Shown one piece after another: positions 40,001 to 52,650 of a stretch of 53,962 nucleotides of DNA (position 1 is the stretch's first letter; each line of letters opens with the position of its first letter). Source of the stretch: Nemertoderma westbladi (lineage: Eukaryota > Animalia > Xenacoelomorpha). The notes beneath the pieces are model-generated. The model saw only the letters and a list, made by a program, of their open reading frames with translations, was not told where the DNA came from and did no database searches. The stretch covers positions 1 through 53,962 of the forward strand of contig JAUCBJ010002850.1 of NCBI GenBank assembly GCA_032718475.1, in the 5' to 3' direction. A program made the translations under genes and the position numbers.

Positions 40001-41820
40001 CCTCAGTATTTGTTTGCTTTGTGTCCCTCAGTATTTATTTGCTTTGTGTCCCTCAGTATTTATTTGCTTTGTGTCCCTCAGTATTTATTTGCTTTGTGTC
40101 CCTCAGTATTTATTTGCTTTGTGTCCCTCAGTATTTGTTTGCTTTGTGTCCCTCAGTATTTATTTGCTTTGTGTCAGTATTTATTTGCTTTGTGTCCCTC
40201 AGTATTTATTTGCTTTGTGTCAGTATTTATTTGCTTTGTGTCCCTCAGTATTTGTTTGCTTTGTGTCCCTCAGTATTTATTTGCTTTGTGTCCATCAGTA
40301 TTTATTTGCTTTGTGTCCCTCAGTATTTATTTGCTTTGTGTCCCTCAGTATTTATTTGCTTTGTGTCCCTCAGTATTTATTTGCTTTGTGTCCCTCAGTA
40401 TTTGTTTGCTTTGTGTCCCTCAGTATTTATTTGCTTTGTGTCAGTATTTATTTGCTTTGTGTCCCTCAGTATTTATTTGCTTTGTGTCCCTCAGTATTTA
40501 TTTGCTATGTGTCCCTCAGTATTTATTGGCTTTGTGTCCCTCAGTATTTATTTGCTTTGTGTCCCTCAGTATTTATTTGCTTTGTGTCCCTCAGTATTTA
40601 TTTGCTTTGTGTCCCTCAGTATTTATTTGCTTTGTGTCCCTCAGTATTTATTTGCTTTGTGTCCCTCAGTATTTATTTGCTTTGTGTCCCTCAGTATTTA
40701 TTTGCTTTGTGTCCCTCAGTATTTATTTGCTTTGTGTCCCTCAGTATTTATTTGCTTTGTGTCCCTCAGTATTTATTTGCTTTGTGTCCCTCAGTATTTA
40801 TTTGCTTTGTGTCCCTCAGTATTTATTTGCTTTGTGTCCCTCAGTATTTATTTGCTTTGTGTCCCTCAGTATTTATTTGCTTTGTGTCCCTCAGTATTTA
40901 TTTGCTTTGTGTCCCTTAGTATTTATTTGCTTTGTGTCCCTCAGTATTTATTTGCTTTGTGTCCCTCAGTATTTATTTGCTTTGTGTCCCTCAGTATTTA
41001 TTTGCTTTGTGTCCCTCAGTATTTATTTGCTTTGTGTCCCTCAGTATTTATTTGCTTTGTGTCCCTCAGTATTTATTTGCTTTGTGTCCCTCAGTATTTA
41101 TTTGCTTTGTGTCCCTCAGTATTTATTTGCTTTGTGTCCCTCAGTATTTATTTGCTTTGTGTCCCTCCGTATTTATTTGCTTTGTGTCCCTCAGTATTTA
41201 TTTGCTTTGTGTCCCTCAGTATTTATTTGCTTTGTGTCCCTCAGTATTTATTTGCTTTGTGTCCCTCCGTATTTATTTGCTTTGTGTCCCTCAGTATTTA
41301 TTTGCTTTGTGTCCCTCAGTATTTATTTGCTTTGTGTCCCTCAGTATTTATTTGCTTTGTGTCCCTCAGTATTTATTTGCTTTGTGTCCCTCAGTATTTA
41401 TTTGCTTTGTGTCCCTCAGTATTTATTTGCTTTGTGTCCCTCAGTATTTATTTGCTTTGTGTCCCTCAGTATTTATTTGCTTTGTGTCCCTCAGTATTTA
41501 TTTGCTTTGTGTCCCTCAGTATTTATTTGCTTTGTGTCCCTCAGTATTTATTGGCTTTATGTCCCTCAGTATTTATTTGCTTTGTGTCCCTCAGTATTTA
41601 TTTGCTTTGTGTCCCTCAGTATTTATTGGCTTTATGTCCCTCAGTATTTATTTGCTTTGTGTCCCTCAGTATTTATTTGTTTTGTGTCCCTCAGTATTTA
41701 TTTGCTTTGTGTCCCGCAGTATTTATTTGCTTTGTGTCCCTCAGTATTTATTTGCTTTGTGTCCCTCAGTATTTATTGGCTTTATGTCCCTCAGTATTTA
41801 TTTGCTTTGTTGTCCCTCAG
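31027..41820 (+). repeat. 25-bp satellite (tatttatttgctttgtgtccctcag), ~430 copies, 10.8 kb
   Basis: 25-bp period with 21-bp deletion variants; consensus has no stop codon on +, producing the spurious 1300-2100 aa ORFs. Confidence 0.98.
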
Positions 41821-42654
41821 CACGGGACCTGGTGGTGTCTGGGGCTGAAGCAATGACTTGGGAGTGGGATCTATCCTAAAATTGGATTATACCATGCTTC
41901 AGCAATAATATCGCGAACTGTATGTGCAAGCCTAGGGTGTAGTTCATTACTAAACAAGAACGATAATATAGGAAACCATTGATTCAACCGTGACCCGAAT
42001 AGTTATTACCTGTAACTGTAAGGCTTTAATCCACCACACCTCAGGGCGTGGCCCTAATGGCGAACAATGTCATACAATGACGCCTTTATAGAATACTGCG
42101 GAGAAACAACATGTTTTTAACAAGAACCACGCGAAGTGGCCTCCTCTCTATTGGAACAACTTAATGACATCTATTAATCCTGAATGTACCTAATGGGGCG
42201 AGCCACATACTGAACAATGCCATCGCATAGCACGTTATATTTATGTTATGCAACAGCTCAAGACTATTATAAACAGCAAAGTAGCAGAATATTTTTACGG
42301 AATGAGTTATTGAGTTGCACCAAAATATACCCGTAATCTGCCCCATGGCGGGTAATAATTTATTCCATAGGTTCCTTGCGTAACATAGTAAGTGAGGTAG
42401 GTAATATGCTTGCTTAGCTTATTTGGTTGTCAGGCAATTTACAATTAATAATAAATACCTTTTATTGTTTATGTTCTAACTACTGTAGGTCGACGGTCGA
42501 GGTTAAGATGTCTCTGGTTCAGTTTCATTTTAAAGAACTTGTCTGTAGCTTTAAACTCTACACAACTTACTGTAGCTATTATTTGCATATCTATTATATG
42601 TGATATGTTATCCGGTAAGACGAATACATGAGGAATACTTGATAGATGCTCGAG

Positions 42655-44116
42655 AGATACACGAGGGTTACATGAGGGTGCACGAGGGATACATGAGGGT
42701 TGCACGAGGGATACAGGGATACATAGGGGATGCAGAAGGGATACATAGGGATGCAGGGATACAGAGGGGATGCAGAAGGGATACACAGGGATACAGGGAT
42801 ACATAGGGGATGCAGAAAGGATACATAGGGATACATAGGGATACATAGGGATACAGGGATACATAGGGATACATGAGGGTTACATGAGGGTTGCACGAGG
42901 GATACATGAGGGTGCACGAGGGATACAGGGATACATAGGGGATGCAGAAGGGATACATTGGGATACAGGGATACATAGGGATACAGGGATACATAGGGGA
43001 TGCAGAAGGGATACATAGGGATACAGGGATACATAGGGATACAGGGATACATAGGGATACAGGGATACATAGGGGATGCAGAAGGGATACATTGGGATAC
43101 AGGGATACATAGGGATACAGGGATACATAGGGGATGCAGAAGGGATACATAGGGATACAGGGATACATAGGGATACAGGGATACATAGGGGATGCAGAAG
43201 GGATACATTGGGATACAGGGATACATAGGGATACAGGGATACATAGGGGATGCAGAAGGGATACATAGGGATACAGGGATACATAGGGATACAGGGATAC
43301 ATAGGGGATGCAGAAGGGATACATAGGGATACAGGGATACATAGGGATACAGGGATACATAGGGGATGCAGAAGGGATACATAGGGATACAGGGATACAT
43401 AGGGATACAGGGATACATAGGGGATGCAGAAGGGATACATAGGGATACATAGGGATACATAGGGGATGCAGAAGGGATACATTGGGATACATTGGGATAC
43501 ATAGGGGATGCAGAAGGGATACATTGGGATACAGGGATACATAGGGATACAGGGATACATAGGGATACATAGGGATACAGGGATACATAGGGGATGTAGA
43601 AGGGATACATAGGGATACAGGGATACATAGGGGATGCAGAAGGGATACATAGGGATACAGGGATACATAGGGGATGCAGAAGGGATACATAGGGATACAG
43701 GGATACATAGGGATACAGGGATACATAGGGGATGCAGAAGGGATACATAGGGATACAGGGATACATAGGGATACAGGGATACATAGGGGATGCAGAAGGG
43801 ATACATAGGGATACAGGGATACATAGGGATACAGGGATACATAGGGGATGCAGAAGGGATACATAGGGATACATAGGGATACATAGGGGATGCAGAAGGG
43901 ATACATTGGGATACATTGGGATACATTGGGATACATAGGGGATGCAGAAGGGATACATTCGGATACAGGGATACATAGGGATACAGGGATACATAGGGAT
44001 ACATAGGGATACAGGGATACATAGGGGATGCAGAAGGGATACATAGGGATACATAGGGATACAGGGATACATAGGGGATGCAGAAGGGATACATAGGGGA
44101 TGCAGAAGGGATACAT
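42655..44116. repeat. Compound short-unit satellite (gggatacata / gggataca / ggggatgcagaa modules)
   Basis: Modular 8-12-bp units in recurring higher-order combinations; explains the MYPCIP-type ORFs. Confidence 0.93.
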
Positions 44117-44473
44117 GTGCAGTGCAAGTTAGTCATAGATTAATGAATCAGATTGTGTTCGCGCGACGCACGTGCATCAAGAATAGGAAAGAAGATAATA
44201 ATGAATTATGTATCTCCGGTTGAGTATCTCTTGGCAGAATTATCCAGTTTGTGGACTTGCTTTGCTTTGTTGCTTTGTGTACTTGGAGCTCAGCTATAAA
44301 GTACAATATTTTAAGTGATGGATTATCTTCTACTATACTTAATTACTTTGTAGTTCCAGTAGGACCACCTACCTACTGTATACACTTCATTCAATCTGTT
44401 AATAGAACTGTGCAAGGCTCCTAGAATAACTGGTATTCCAGCTGCCGTGCTTTTGAGGCAATATATCCCGCAA

Positions 44474-44770
44474 ACTACTACTACTGTAATATCTCGACCG
44501 AACTCGGACAATGGAAATGAGATCCTTCCAGGCTTCCCGATTCTCCATAGTTGTCGCAATTTCGTTTCTCCCACGTCCAGTATCTCTTTCAAGTTGGTCT
44601 ATATATGTTATAGCCGGTCGCCCACGGCTACGCTTTCCATTTGTTGGTTGCCAGAAACGTAGATCTGGTATAACCTCATGTTTACTACTCCAGCACGGCC
44701 CACTGAATCTTAACCTGCGTTCACGGAGGGTGATGAATCCTTTATTGCCAGCTCTCGCTGGTATTTTCAA
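44474..44770 (-). mobile_element. RTE-clade LINE, 5'-truncated 3' end
   Basis: Minus ORF ERRLRFSGPCW..WQPTNGKRSRGRPAITYIDQLERDTG..MENREAWK is the typical RTE ORF C-terminus; followed by an (AGT)n tail (actactactact on +, 44474-44485). Confidence 0.8.
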
Positions 44771-44882
44771 TTATCACAGGTAGTCAGTATGAGACCAGGA
44801 CCAGATGGCACTCAAACATCTTTGAAGTGTAGCTGTAAGTCAGACGTCCGGCTTTATGGGTTCTACTTTTTATCATTTTCAG

Positions 44883-45032
44883 GGATTTGGAGAACGGGCA
44901 GATAGGGGGCGGTAGTCGACGCGGCAGTGTTGTCATGGGAACCAGAAGAAACAGTGCGGCAGTAACGGGCAGCTTCCGACACGGGATGTTGCGAATCGGC
45001 GAAGAGGACCGCGTGTCGTTCCAACGAGCTCG
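44883..45032 (+). CDS. SLC8A: NCX coding exon 5 (cytoplasmic loop)
   Basis: Acceptor tttttatcattttcag|; DLENGQIGGGSRRGSVVMGTRRNSAAVTGSFRHGMLRIGEEDRVSFQRA; donor CG|gtaggt at 45033; phase 2/2. Confidence 0.82.
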
Positions 45033-47328
45033 GTAGGTTTACAAACCCGTACCAACGAACTCGGTAGGTTACAAACCCGTACCAACGAGCTCGGTAGGTT
45101 ACACACCCGTACCAACGAGCTCGGTAGATTACAAACCCGTACCAACGAACTCGGTAGGTTACAAATCCGTACCAACGAGCTCGGTAGGTTTACAAACCCG
45201 TACCAACGAGCTCGGTAGGTTTACAAACCCGTACCAACGAGCTCGGTAGGTTACAAACCCGTACCAACGAGCTCGGTAGGTTTACAAACCCGTACCAACG
45301 AGCTCGGTAGGTTTACAAACCCGTACCAACGAGCTCGGTAGATTACAAACCCGTACCAACGAGCTCGGTAGGTTACAAACCCGTACCAACGAGCTCGGTA
45401 GGTTACAAATCCGTACCAACGAGCTCGGTAGGTTTACAAACCCGTACCAACGAGCTCGGTAGGTTTACAAACCCGTACCAACGAGCTCGGTAGGTTACAA
45501 ACCCGTACCAACGAGCTCGGTAGGTTTACAAACCCGTACCAACGAACTCGGTAGGTTACAAACCCGTACCAACGAGCTCGGTAGGTTTACAAACCCGTAC
45601 CAACGAGCTCGGTAGGTTACAAACCCGTACCAACGAGCTCGGTAGGTTTACAAACCCGTACCAACGAGCTCGGTAGGTTACAAACCCGTACCAACGAGCT
45701 CGGTAGGTTACACACCCGTACCAACGAGCTCGGTAGGTTACAAACCCGTACCAACGAGCTCGGTAGGTTACACACCCGTACCAACGAGCTCGGTAGGTTA
45801 CAAACCCGTACCAACGAGCTCGGTAGGTTACAAATCCGTACCAACGAGCTCGGTAGGTTACAAACCCGTACCAACAAGCTCGGTAGATTACAAACCCGTA
45901 CCAATGAGCTCGGTAGGTTACAAACCCGTACCAACGAGCTCGGTAGGTTACAAACCCGTACCAACGAGCTCGGTAGGTTACACACCCGTACCAACGAGCT
46001 CGGTAGGTTTACAAACCCGTACCAACGAGCTCGGTAGGTTACAAACCCGTACCAACGAGCTCGGTAGGTTACAAACCCGTACCAACGAGCTCGGTAGGTT
46101 ACAAATCCGTACCAACGAGCTCGGTAGGTTACAAACCCGTACCAACGAGCTCGGTAGGTTACAAACCCGTACCAACGAGCTCGGTAGGTTACAAACCCGT
46201 ACCAACGAGCTCGGTAGGATTACAAACCCGTGCCAACGAGCTCGGTAGGCTTACAAACCCGTACCAACGAGCTCGGTAGGTTACAAACCCGTACCAACGA
46301 GCTCGGTAGGTTACAAACCCGTACCAACGAGCTCGGTAGGTTACAAACCCGTACCAACGAGCTCGGTAGGATTACAAACCCGTACCAACGAGCTCGGTAG
46401 GTTTACAAACCCGTACCAACGAGCTCGGTAGGTTACAAACCCGTACTTACGAGCTCGGTAGGTTACAAATCCGTACCAATGAGCTCGGTAGGATTACAAA
46501 CCCGTACCAACGAGCTCGGTAGGTTACAAACCCATACCAACGAGCTCGGTAGGTTACAAACCCGTACCAACGAGCTCGGTAGGTTACAAACCCGTACCAA
46601 CGAGCTCGGTAGGTTTACAAACCCGTACCAATGAGCTCGGTAGGTTACAAACCCGTACGAACGAGCTCGGTAGGTTACAAACCCGTACCAACGAGCTCGG
46701 TAGGTTACAAACCCGTACCAACGACCTCGGTAGGTTACAAACCCGTACCAACGAGCTCGGTAGGTTTACAAACCCGTACCAATGAGCTCGGTAGGTTACA
46801 AACCCGTACGAACGAGCTCGGTAGGTTACAAACCCGTACCAATGAGCTCGGTAGGTTACAAACCCGTACCAACGAGCTCGGTAGGTTTACAAACCCGTAC
46901 CAACGAGCTCGGTAGGTTACAAACCCGTACCAACGAGCTCGGTAGGTTACAAACCCGTACGAACGAGCTCGGTAGGTTACAAACCCGTACCAACGAGCTC
47001 GGTAGGTTACAAACCCGTACGAACGAGCTCGGTAGGTTACAAACCCGTACCAACGAGCTCGGTAGGTTACAAACCCGTACCAACGAGCTCGGTAGGTTAC
47101 AAACCCGTACCAACGAGCTCGGTAGGTTTACAAACCCGTACCAATGAGCTCGGTAGGTTACAAACCCGTACCAACGAGCTCGGTAGGTTTAAAAACCCGT
47201 ACCAATGAGCTCGGTAGGTTACAAACCCGTACCAACGAGCTCGGTAGGTTACAAACCCGTACCAACGAGCTCGGTAGGTTACAAACCCGTACCAACGAGC
47301 TCGGTAGGTTACAAACCCGTACCAACGA
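45021..47328 (+). repeat. 30/31-bp minisatellite derived from the exon-5 donor junction (ccaacgagctcg|gtaggttacaaacccgta), ~76 copies
   Basis: First unit = last 12 nt of exon 5 plus first 18-19 nt of intron; donor retained in almost every unit. Confidence 0.96.
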
Positions 47329-47744
47329 TCTCTGTATCTTTACATTCGCTTAATCACCCTCTATATTGATGGTATTCCTTATTCATTAGTAATTATTTAT
47401 TCATTATTATTATTTATTCATTACTTTTTAATGGTTTATTTTATTCAATTTACCCTTTATTGTCATTCCAATAATCTCCTAACCTGATTTATTTATTGAC
47501 ATTTAATTGTTAATCGTTTCTCAGGAATGTTTTCACTGAATCAACTGGTTGGAGTTATATTAGAACTCTACTATTTAAATCCATTTGATATCTAAGGGTG
47601 GGCTCGGAATCGTATAATGATAAGACTACATTTAACTAAACGTAAACATTTCTTACTAATTTTATTATCATTTTGATCACTCCAAAATTATAATTATAAT
47701 TAACAATTAACCCTATATTGTTATATTGTGTTAAGCTCTTCTAG

Positions 47745-47762
47745 TGTCTGTCAGCAGATAAG
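47745..47762 (+). CDS. Candidate 18-nt NCX microexon (adds VCQQIR)
   Basis: ttaac (~47707)..gctcttctag|tgtctgtcagcagataag|gtaagg; length multiple of 3, stop-free in phase 2 between exons 5 and 6. Confidence 0.45.
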
Positions 47763-47833
47763 GTAAGGAAATATTCGTCATCTACTGAAGAATAGATTTT
47801 GTAATTTCTGTTGATTTGAATGATTGTTTGATA

Positions 47834-50648
47834 TAGGGTTATCATCCCATATGCTGGTTGGCCCATGGACTAGATAGAGGGTTATCAGTATCCCCTATGC
47901 TGGCTGGCCCATGGACTAGATAGAGGGTTATCAGTATCCCCTATGCTGGCTGGCCCATGGACTAGATAGAGGGTTATCAGTATCCCCTATGCTGGCTGGC
48001 CCATGGACTAGATAGAGGGTTATCATACCACCCCCTATGCTGGCTGGCCCATGGACTAGATAGAGGGTTATCAGTATCCCCTATGCTGGCTGGCCCATGG
48101 ACTAGATAGAGGGTTATCAGTATCCCCAATGCTGGCTGGCCCATGGACTAGATAGAGGGTTATCCCCTATGCTGGCTGGCCCATGGACTAGATAGAGGGT
48201 TATCAGTATCCCCTATGCTGGCTGGCCCATGGACTAGATAGAGGGTTATCAGTATCCCCTATGCTGGCTGTCCCATGGACTAGATAGAGGGTTATCAGTA
48301 TCCCCTATGCTGGCTGGCCCATGGACTAGATAGAGGGTTATCAGTATCCCCAATGCTGGCTGGCCCATGGACTAGATAGAGGGTTATCCCCTATGCTGGC
48401 TGGCCCATGGACTAGATAGAGGGTTATCAGTATCCCCTATGCTGGCTGGCCCATGGACTAGATAGAGGGTTATCAGTATCCCCTATGCTGGCTGGCCCAT
48501 GGACTAGATAGAGGGTTATCAGTATCCCCAATGCTGGCTGGCCCATGGACTAGATAGAGGGTTATCCCCTATGCTGGCTGGCCCATGGACTAGATAGAGG
48601 GTTATCAGTATCCCCTATGCTGGCTGGCCCATGGACTAGATAGAGGGTTATCAGTATCCCCTATGCTGGCTGTCCCATGGACTAGATAAGAGGTTTATCA
48701 TCCCCTATGCTGGCTGGCCCATGGACTAGATAGAGGGTTATCAGTATCCCCTATGCTGGCTGGCCCATGGACTAGATAGAGGGTTATCATACCATCCCCT
48801 ATGCTGGCTGGCCCATGGACTAGATAGAGGGTTATCATACCCTCCCCTATGCTGGCTGGCCCATGGACTAGATAGAGGGTTATCAGTATCCCCTATGCTG
48901 GCTGGCCCATGGACTAGATAGAGGGTTATCAGTATCCCCAATGCTGGCTGGCCCATGGACTAGATAGAGGGTTATCCCCTATGCTGGCTGGCCCATGGAC
49001 TAGATAGAGGGTTATCAGTATCCCCTATGCTGGCTGGCCCATGGACTAGATAGAGGGTTATCAGTATCCCCTATGCTGGCTGTCCCATGGACTAGATAGA
49101 GGTTTATCATCCCCTATGCTGGCTGGCCCATGGACTAGATAGAGGGTTATCATTGCCTATGCTGGCTGTCCCATGGACTAGATAGAGGGTTATCAGTATC
49201 CCCTATGCTGGCTGGCCCATTGACTAGATAGAGGGTTATCAGTATCCCCTATGCTGGCTGGCCCATGGACTAGATAGAGGGTTATCAGTATCCCCTATGC
49301 TGGCTGGCCCATGGACTAGATAGAGGTTTATCATCCCCTATAGAGGTTTATCATCCCCTATGCTGGCTGGCCCATGGACTAGATAGAGGGTTATCATCCC
49401 ATATGCTGGCTGGCCCATGGACTAGATAGAGGGTTATCAGTATCCCCTATGCTGGCTGGCCCATGGACTAGATAGAGGGTTATCAGTATCCCCTATGCTG
49501 GCTGGCCCATGGACTAGATAGAGGGTTATCAGTATCCCCTATAATGGCTGGCCCATGGACTAGATGGAGGGTTATCATTGCCTATGCTGGCTGTCCCATG
49601 GACTAGATAGAGGGTTATCAGTATCCCCTACGCTGGCTGGCCCATGGACTAGATAGAGGGTTATCAGTATCCCCTATGCTGGCTGGCCCATGGACTAGAT
49701 AGAGGGTTATCAGTATCCCCTATGCTGGCTGTCCCATGGACTAGATAGAGGTTTATCATCCCCTATGCTGGCTGGCCCATGGACTAGATAGAGGGTTATC
49801 AGTATCCCCTATGCTGGCTGGCCCATGGACTAGATATAGGGTTATCAGTATCCCCTATTCTGGCTGTCCCATGGACTAGATAGAGGTTTATCATCCCCTA
49901 TGCTGGCTGGCCCATGGACTAGATAGAGGGTTATCATCCCCTATGATGGCTGGCCCATGGACTAGATAGAGGGTTATCAGTATCCCCTATGCTGGCTGGC
50001 CCATGGACTAGATAGAGGGTTATCATTGTATCCCCTATGCAGGCTGGCCCATGGACTAGATAGAGGGTTATCAGTATCCCCTATGCTGGCGGGCCCATGG
50101 CCTAGATAGAGGGTTATCAGTATCCCCTATGATGGCTGGCCCATGGACTAGATAGAGGGTTATCAGTATCCCCTATGCTGGCTGGCCCATGGACTAGATA
50201 GAGGGTTATCCCCTATGCTGGCTGGCCCATGGACTAGATAGAGGGTTATCAGTATCCCCTATGCTGGCTGGCCCATGGACTAGATAGAGGGTTATCATCC
50301 CCTATGCTGGCTGGCCCATGGACTAGATAGAGGGTTATCAGTATCCCCAATGCTGGCCGGCCCATGGACTAGATAGAGGGTTATCATCCCCTATGCTGGC
50401 TGGCCCATGGACTAGATAGAGGGTTATCATCCCCTATGCTGGCTGGCCCATGGACTAGATAGAGGGTTATCCCCTATGCTGGCTGGCCCATGGACTAGAT
50501 AGAGGGTTATCAGTATCCCCTATGCTGGCTGGCCCATGGACTAGATAGAGGGTTATCAGTATCCCCAATGCTGGCCGGCCCATGGACTAGATAGAGGGTT
50601 ATCCCCTATGCTGGCTGGCCCATGGACTAGATAGAGGGTTATCATTGC
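47834..50648. repeat. 46-bp minisatellite (gggttatcagtatcccctatgctggctggcccatggactagataga) with 40/43-bp variants, ~62 copies
   Basis: Direct tandem periodicity. Confidence 0.96.
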
Positions 50649-51718
50649 CTCTCTTTGTTAATGAATAATAATAATAATTAAAATTTATTACAACATAATC
50701 CTATTTTATGAGTTATAATAATTTAATAAATATGCAATTTAAACGATTTGATGAACAACTGTAAATTTTGTATATTTATTCAATCTGTGGATTTTATAAC
50801 AAATAAGGGATGTAATCATTTAATTTATTAATTATTTAACAATTTTTTAATGTAATATTCCCCCCTCATTAACGACTTCAGTATGTTACACTGAACTTAT
50901 ATCTTTATAATATTAACGAAACTATTTCCAAATTAGCGTAATAGCGAATGTTTCCAAATAAAACCTTTAGTGAAAACCTTTTGGACCATGTGGCTTACTT
51001 GTTTATGTAATTTAATTTAATTACTTATCCTCATGTTTTCATTAAAAATATGAGTTTATAGCGTACAAATTCTTTTGTAATTCGGAAACACCATACGTTA
51101 TAGACCTGTTAAACTAATTGTGGTGGTGAACAAATCCGCATTTACCAGGAATTTAATTCTGAACTTCTAACTGAACCTAAAGTAAACATGAAAACATTTA
51201 AATTTAAATAAAAAATAAAAATTTAAATTTTTGCAAATTTACAATTTAATTTCAACTTGGTTATCCTTATAGAGGCCAGGGTGTAGTGATACTACTACAT
51301 GCCATTGGCTTTGTAATAATTTGTATCGTCACAAGGCCAACCTGGTAGTTAACTAACATTAGTTGCTAAGGAAAACTTATTTCGGTACTCAAAAGTAAGC
51401 ATATAATATAGGGAGACAAAACATTACAGAAAATAAAATATATATTTAAAATGCATTCATAGTTTGAGTCATTAGTTGTTCGTTATAATTGTTGTTAATT
51501 CTTCCTTAATTGTGTATCAATTTTACCCAGTAGTGTTGGTGGTTTTGTTATAATTGTTTGTAGTGACCTACTTGCAGCGAGCTAACTGAACTTCTAACGA
51601 AAGTAAATTATTTTGTTAACTACTCTTTTAAAACTAATTTGTTTTCATTAATGGTTTTTTATTAATGTTCTAGAACATTACTCACGCACCGTTAAACTTA
51701 TCTGTTTAAACTTTTCAG

Positions 51719-51742
51719 CAGCAACGTAACATATTACAAGAG
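51719..51742 (+). CDS. Candidate 24-nt NCX microexon (adds SNVTYYKR)
   Basis: aaacttttcag|cagcaacgtaacatattacaagag|gtttgt; NAGNAG acceptor; stop-free in phase 2; donor weaker. Confidence 0.3.
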
Positions 51743-52504
51743 GTTTGTTAAAATCTCTTTAATTAATCGTATATCTCTTAACTTTTCCCCCTCTCCCGTT
51801 TCTATGAATCAGTAGCTACATTAACAAATTTACCTAATTTGGTTTATTCAGAGGTCGAGGGGGAACATTTACGAGATTAGCGATGTTCTTATCTTAAACC
51901 TGCATGATCTTTTACGATCGTTTGCAATCTTTAACTTTACATTTCATGCTATGGAGATTACGATTGATCCCAAGTTTTCCAGACACCCTCTCGATTAAAC
52001 TAAGTTCTGTTACTTTCTTTACGTAGACTGGGGTTTTCTGACATTAATTTATCATTCAACTACATTTATCTATGATTATAAAAAATGTTCCCTAACGTCG
52101 ATGCTTTGATTGATTAGAGATGACATATTCATTGTCTTATAGTTGCTAGGTCGGTCTCGATGCCTTTTAAATAAAATTTAAAAAGATTTTCAGCATGGAA
52201 AACATTAAAAAATTATATTGCACCGGTACTTAGTTTTTGGGTTTACTACAATTTTCATTTATGTTTTTTTATATTAGACTTTAACTGTCTTGTGTTTTCT
52301 TGTGTTAATGTTTTATATTCAAACTTATAATTATGTATGTTGTTATTAATTAATCATGTTTCGCGCTACGTGTACTGGAATCTATATTAGATATACTTCT
52401 ATGGTAATCGATTTCATCAAACTTTATTATTTTATTACATTATACATTAAATTACATTTCATTATTCGTAATTAAACTTATTTAATAAAACTTTCTTCTA
52501 TTAG

Positions 52505-52650
52505 ATTTCGACACGCGGTAATGCGAGGTGTCGTTGGCAAGAAAGCTCCGAAACCATCGCCACCCCTGGAAACTCGTCTGAGCGAACAAGCTAATAAATT
52601 TCTCAATCTCGTGGAGAAAATGAAAATGATAACCAAATTCCCAGGTTTAG
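52505..52650 (+). CDS. SLC8A: NCX coding exon 6
   Basis: Acceptor ctttcttctattag|; FRHAVMRGVVGKK.. (junction QRAR-FRHAVMR recalls NCX SRAFYRIQATR); donor AG|gtgaga at 52651 (alternative same-phase donor at 52645); phase 2/1. Confidence 0.82.

Noticed and set aside
30797-41879. Giant ORFs of 1300-2100 aa
   Set aside because: Open in all three + frames only because the 25-bp unit lacks stop codons; periodic hydrophobic translation with no domain; lies in an NCX intron.
41821-41880. Exon after the last acceptor-like unit of the 25-bp array
   Set aside because: In the required phase it reaches TGA after eight further codons (..TGPGGVWG*) and has no good donor; exon 4 joins exon 5 in frame without it. 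It could at most be a poison or terminal exon.
42371-42400. Microexon candidate ttccatag|gttccttgcgtaacata|gtaagt
   Set aside because: 17 nt with an in-frame TAA in the required phase.
42469-47353. MYPCIP-type and TNELGRLQTR-type ORFs
   Set aside because: Products of the compound and 30-bp arrays.
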